20,334 bases of DNA from Candidatus Micrarchaeia archaeon (GTDB taxonomy: Archaea > Micrarchaeota > Micrarchaeia > Micrarchaeales > CABMGC01): NCBI GenBank assembly GCA_049966395.1, contig JBMFUT010000011.1, forward strand, positions 1-20,334, read 5' to 3'. The translations under genes and the position numbers were made by a program. This document shows, in pieces, positions 16,226 to 20,334 of the stretch. Position 1 is the first letter of the stretch; each line of letters begins with the position of its first letter. Under the pieces are notes generated by a model. It was not told the DNA's origin. It saw only the letters and a program-made list of their open reading frames with translations, and searched no databases.

Positions 16226-17881
16226 CTATGATTGCTTCCTGTTGCCCCCGCCAATTTTTTCTATTTCCTCAGCATCCTTGTCGGTAAATTTCCTGAAAAG
16301 CGGCTTTGGAGTGCCTATCATAATCCTTGCGCCCGCCTCTATTTTGGCATCGTTGATGCTTGGCGCGCCAACTCCTGTCATGCCGAAAACTTCCAATATG
16401 CGGGCGCTTGCCGAAGGAGTGAAAGGATATATAAGTACGCCTATTTTCTTCACGATGCTTAGTGCGACATACATTATTTCGTCAAGTTCCTTTCCCTTTG
16501 CATGCCAAGGCTCCGAAGAGCTGATATAGCCGTTTCCTTTGGCCGCGATTTGTATAACATTCCTTAACGCCTCCCTGATCCTTATGTGGTTGAAGTTGTC
16601 CAAGTATTCCTCTTCCTCTTTTTTCACTTCTTCAATGACCTTTTTCGCAGTTTCGCTCAGCTCAACAGAAGGCACGATGCCGATGCCTTTTGCAATTGAA
16701 AGAGTCCTGTGCACGAAATTGCCTATAACGTTGTTAAGCTCCCCATTTACAATGCTTCTTACAAGCTCCACCGAGAATTCCGAATCCGCGGTCTCAGGGA
16801 GCAAATACATCAGTACAAACCTCCAGTAGTCGGGCTCCATTACCTTGATGGCGTTGCTTATGTTAAGCCCTACGCCCCTGCTCTTTGAGAACTTCATGCC
16901 TCTTGCCAACAGGTACTCGTATGCATATATGGTGCTTGGGAGCACATATCCAACATCGCTGCCTATGAGCATGCCTGGCCAGAACAAGGCATGAAATTCT
17001 ATGTTATCCTTACCCATGAACTGCACTAACCTTGAGCTGTCGTCTTTCCAGTAGCCGAGCCACTTCTCTTCGCTCCATTCCCTTGTTATGCCGATGTAGC
17101 CTATTGGTGCGTCGAACCAAACGTAGAATACTTTGTCTTCGAAACCTTTGACAGGTACAGGGAATCCCCACTTGAGGTCGCGCGTAATCTCCCTTGCATT
17201 GAGCCCTCTTTTTATATAGTTCAAGCTGTGGTTTATCGCGTTTTTGCTCCAATCGTTTTTCGAGTTCCTTTCTATGAAATCCTTGATCTTGCCCTGCAGC
17301 TTAGGCAGATCTATTGCAAGGTTGGTGGTCTTGTTGAAAGTTATATCGCTGCTGCCGCAAACCCTGCAGTGCGGGTTCACGAGCTCTTTAGGAGTAAGCA
17401 GGGCCCCGCAGTTTTCGCACTGATCTCCTCTTGCATGCTCGTAGCCGCAGTGTGGGCACGTGCCTTCTATGAATGTATCGCTAAGGAACCTCTTCTCGTT
17501 GTTGCAGTATGCCTGCTCTGAGTCCACCTTTATTATGTAGCCGTTCTTGTCAAGCGCCTCAAATATCTCGTACACTACCTTTTTGTTCTGCTCGGTGTGC
17601 GTCTTCCCGTAATAAGTGAAAGTGCACTCAAAATCCTCAAGCGCCTTCTTTATCTGCCTGTGCATCGACTCGGCAAATTCCTCAGGGGCGATTTTCTGCT
17701 TTATGGCCTGGAGTTCTATTGGCGTGCCGTGCTCATCAGAACCGCATATGAAAATTGCGTCTTCTCCCTTCATCAAGAGGAATTTGTAGAACACGTCTGC
17801 AGGCAATATCGAGCCGACAAGATTGCCAAGATGAGGCATGCCTTCCGCATAAGGCAAGGCCGAAGTTACAATGTATTTCAT
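16226..17881 (-). CDS. metG: Methionine--tRNA ligase, lacking the C-terminal tRNA-binding/dimerisation domain
   Basis: TSALPYAEGMPHLGN (HIGH), GSDEHGTPI, Zn knuckles, YVWFDAPIGY, GKDN and KFSKS motifs. Start at ATG 17881. Confidence 0.97.
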   Translation of the reverse strand: MKYIVTSALPYAEGMPHLGNLVGSILPADVFYKFLLMKGEDAIFICGSDEHGTPIELQAIKQKIAPEEFAESMHRQIKKALEDFECTFTYYGKTHTEQNKKVVYEIFEALDKNGYIIKVDSEQAYCNNEKRFLSDTFIEGTCPHCGYEHARGDQCENCGALLTPKELVNPHCRVCGSSDITFNKTTNLAIDLPKLQGKIKDFIERNSKNDWSKNAINHSLNYIKRGLNAREITRDLKWGFPVPVKGFEDKVFYVWFDAPIGYIGITREWSEEKWLGYWKDDSSRLVQFMGKDNIEFHALFWPGMLIGSDVGYVLPSTIYAYEYLLARGMKFSKSRGVGLNISNAIKVMEPDYWRFVLMYLLPETADSEFSVELVRSIVNGELNNVIGNFVHRTLSIAKGIGIVPSVELSETAKKVIEEVKKEEEEYLDNFNHIRIREALRNVIQIAAKGNGYISSSEPWHAKGKELDEIMYVALSIVKKIGVLIYPFTPSASARILEVFGMTGVGAPSINDAKIEAGARIMIGTPKPLFRKFTDKDAEEIEKIGGGNRKQS

Positions 17882-17957
17882 CGAATCGTAGTCAATATTT
17901 CCTGTTAACTCTTTTATTGCTTTTGTATAATGCACTTTTGCATAGCTAGAAACAGTT

Positions 17958-18290
17958 TTATCTTGGCAGCAGCTCCATGAGAAGTTCCTTGTTGTCATCT
18001 TCGGCAGCCTTTACCTTTTTCTCTGCGCCGCATTTCGTGCACTTGTAGTATATTGTGAACTCATGCTTGGCGTATTCTGTCCTTGTCGGAATCATAATAC
18101 CTCCACACTCAGCTTTCCTGTCACCTGGGTTGATATCTACATGCTTGCTACACAGGCAGTTTGGGCAATGGTCTGTGTAGCCGTTGCCACTTACACTGGT
18201 GCCGCACACTTCGCATACGAAATCCTCGACACGTCTGCTGAACCTTTTGCTTTGCAGCTCGTTATTTCCGTTTTGCGCAATTTTTTCCAA
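17958..18290 (-). CDS. RNHCP-domain zinc-binding protein
   Basis: EDFVCEVCG...YTDHCPNCLCSKHVD..PGDR..CGGIM...CTKCG. Confidence 0.88.
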   Translation of the reverse strand: MEKIAQNGNNELQSKRFSRRVEDFVCEVCGTSVSGNGYTDHCPNCLCSKHVDINPGDRKAECGGIMIPTRTEYAKHEFTIYYKCTKCGAEKKVKAAEDDNKELLMELLPR

Positions 18291-18353
18291 TGAATCACCA
18301 GCAATCCCGCGCCAAGCATCAAATATTTAGTTAGGTGCTGATAAAAATAATTG

Positions 18354-19259
18354 ATGGGAAACAATATAATAATTAGCCACGTAAGCAAAAGTTTCGGAAG
18401 CGTAAAGGCAATTGACAACGTTAGCTTCAGTTCTTCCAACGGAGTTAGCATAATACTCGGCCCCAACGGCGCTGGAAAGAGCACGCTGCTAAGATGCGTC
18501 GCAGGGCTTTATAAGCCTGACTCAGGTGCAATCAAAGTCCTTGGAAAGGAGCCTTACTACGACAACGCACTCAAGTATAAAATGTCTTTTCTGTCAGAAA
18601 ACTATGCGCTGTACGACTACCTCAGCGTAAAGGACAACCTCCTCTTTTTCGGCAGGCTATATGGAATGGAGAACCAAGAAATAATTGAGAAATCTATCGA
18701 TATACTGAGAAAACTCAAGGCGGATGAATTTTTAGACAGAAAAGTCTACACACTGAGCAGGGGCACTAAACAAAAAATAGCCTTATGCAGAGCTCTGCTC
18801 AACGATCCTGAGGTCCTCCTGCTTGACGAGCCTACTGCATTTTTGGACCAGCAGTCTTCAGAAGAGATAAGGCAGATAATCTACGAATACCAAAAGATGC
18901 GCAGGACCGTGCTTCTGGTCACCCAGCGCATAAACGAGGTTGCGCGCTACAGCGCCAGGCTGATAGTGCTGAACTCCGGGAAAATCATAAGGGATTCAAC
19001 AACTGCAGACCTATACAAAGCAATAGCCTCAGGCTCCACTGTAAGTATAAGGCTTGCAAGCCCCATAAAAGCGTCTATAGCCGCCTCTATAAAGGGCTTT
19101 ATTCCTTCCAATGGCGCCAGAAGGTCGAGTGTGCTAGAATTCAAGGTGCATAGCTACAAGGATATAAACGAGATAGTGAAGCATCTCATAGGGCACGGAG
19201 CATACGTTGTCGGCGTCGACTATGCTGAGCCTGCATTGGAAAAACTTTTCGAGAGTTGA
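18354..19259 (+). CDS. ABC transporter ATP-binding protein (ABC-2/drug-export type)
   Basis: GPNGAGKST Walker A, LSRGTKQK signature, LLLDEPT Walker B. Confidence 0.93.
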   Translation: MGNNIIISHVSKSFGSVKAIDNVSFSSSNGVSIILGPNGAGKSTLLRCVAGLYKPDSGAIKVLGKEPYYDNALKYKMSFLSENYALYDYLSVKDNLLFFGRLYGMENQEIIEKSIDILRKLKADEFLDRKVYTLSRGTKQKIALCRALLNDPEVLLLDEPTAFLDQQSSEEIRQIIYEYQKMRRTVLLVTQRINEVARYSARLIVLNSGKIIRDSTTADLYKAIASGSTVSIRLASPIKASIAASIKGFIPSNGARRSSVLEFKVHSYKDINEIVKHLIGHGAYVVGVDYAEPALEKLFES

Positions 19260-19265
19260 TATGCA

Positions 19266-20042
19266 ATGGACCTAAGAAAGTCTTACATAATATCGATAAA
19301 GGACATGAAGGAAGTATTCAGCAGCATAGCAATATACGGGCCAATGATAGGCATACCAGTTTTCTTTGCGATTGTGCTGCCTCTAATGACAGTTTATGTT
19401 GCTTTGCACGCCGCGCCTTCGATAGCTTCTAGCATCTCTTCAATATCCCTGCCACAGGGCAGCGCTGCAAGCAACGTGAAATTTATGGTTTTCTTCTCGG
19501 TGAACATACTAGGAACAATATTCCTTACGATACCAATAATAACTGCCTCGGTAATAGCTGCGGACAGCTTTGCTGGCGAAAAGGAGCGCAAGACCGCAGA
19601 ATCCCTGCTTTCCTCACCTGCAAGCAACTCAGAGCTGCTGCTTGGAAAGATTATGGCGTCGCTAATACCTACCCTTATTCTCACAGTGATGGTATTCGCA
19701 ATATACGGTACAGTGACAAACATGCTTTCCTACAGCACTTTCAAATTGTACGTTCTGCCAACACCATCGTGGCTGATGATGTTGCTGCTTTCGCCATTTC
19801 TTGCAGTCGCCGCGATAAGTGTGGTGGTGCTGATATCATCCCACGTGCGTGGCATCAAGGAGGCGCAACAGCTGTCTTCGCTTCTTGTCCTTCCTATAAT
19901 AGTGCTTCCATTCGCCTCGATAGCAGGATTCGCTAGCCTCACCGTGGGCTTTTTCGCTTATTCAATAGCGGTGCTTGCGATAGCCGATGCAGTAATACTG
20001 TGGCTGAGCGTGAAGGACTTCAAAAGAGAGAACCTGCTGTAG
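19266..20042 (+). CDS. ABC-2 type permease
   Basis: About 6 TM helices; AADSFAGEKERKTAESLLSSP..ELLLGK and KEAQQ motifs. Confidence 0.9.
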   Translation: MDLRKSYIISIKDMKEVFSSIAIYGPMIGIPVFFAIVLPLMTVYVALHAAPSIASSISSISLPQGSAASNVKFMVFFSVNILGTIFLTIPIITASVIAADSFAGEKERKTAESLLSSPASNSELLLGKIMASLIPTLILTVMVFAIYGTVTNMLSYSTFKLYVLPTPSWLMMLLLSPFLAVAAISVVVLISSHVRGIKEAQQLSSLLVLPIIVLPFASIAGFASLTVGFFAYSIAVLAIADAVILWLSVKDFKRENLL

Positions 20043-20103
20043 CAATATATGATAAATGCAACAACGAACGTGTTAAATATTTTGTTGTGAATTTATTAAT
20101 CGC

Positions 20104-20181
20104 GGGTCCGTAACTCAGTTTGGCCAGAGTGGGAGGCTTTTAACCTCTAAGTCGTGGGTTCAAATCCCACCGGGCCCGCCA
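20104..20181 (+). tRNA. tRNA-Lys(TTT), CCA encoded
   Basis: GGGTCCG TAACTCAGTTTGGCCAGAGTG GGAGG CT TTT AA CCTCT AAGTC GTGGG TTCAAAT CCCAC CGGGCCC G CCA. Confidence 0.97.
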
Positions 20182-20242
20182 ATTCAAAATGCACAGCACT
20201 GCAAACAAATTTATTCTTTTTTTGCCATAGATTTGCGAGGGC

Positions 20243-20334
20243 ATGCATGAAATAAAGCTCCAGTCCGCAATGGAGTACCTGATGACATACGGTTGGGCTA
20301 TCCTTATTATCGCAGTGGTTTTGGGTGCGCTGTT
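20243..20334 (+). CDS. Class III signal peptide (pilin-like) protein, 5' part only
   Basis: Manual translation gives MHEIKLQSAMEYLMTYGWAILIIAVVLGAL..., running off the window. Confidence 0.85.
   Translation, partial: MHEIKLQSAMEYLMTYGWAILIIAVVLGAL

Noticed and set aside
17882..17998. 39-aa N-terminal extension of MetRS in the ORF track
   Set aside because: Overlaps the RNHCP gene, and MetRS homology begins at Met 17881. The ORF-track extensions on grpE, thpR, rpl13 and rpoN were trimmed for similar reasons.

Overview
Gene-dense archaeal housekeeping region, most consistent with a DPANN/Micrarchaeota-like genome. That assignment is an inference from the archaeal r-protein/RNAP operon, QSAMEYLMTYGW-type class III signal peptides, a non-canonical T-loop tRNA intron and tight or overlapping genes. 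Contents in order: wHTH-grpE-dnaK operon; cation/H+ antiporter; orphan ORF; an operon of a 148-aa internally deleted IDI-2 paralog, full-length type 2 IPP isomerase and a sugar-phosphate nucleotidyltransferase; tRNA-Asn; Trbp/CsaA, UPF0200 kinase, a surface protein and a tandem-domain protein; 2',3'-cyclic phosphodiesterase; a CheD/NTAN1-like ORF; rpoD-tRNA-Leu-L18e-L13-S9-rpoN-tRNA-Pro-orphan-S2-pilin; glutamate dehydrogenase; MetRS; RNHCP protein; ABC-2 exporter; tRNA-Lys; a partial pilin-like gene. No mobile element or CRISPR array was seen. Best leads: the 'mini-IDI' beside the intact enzyme, a tRNA-Pro with an AGG (A34) anticodon and a 12-nt intron at 59/60, a candidate small RNA with two GNRA hairpins at 4197-4241 (-), and an apparently catalytically dead CheD/NTAN1-fold protein. 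All homology calls come from motif recognition, not database searches.
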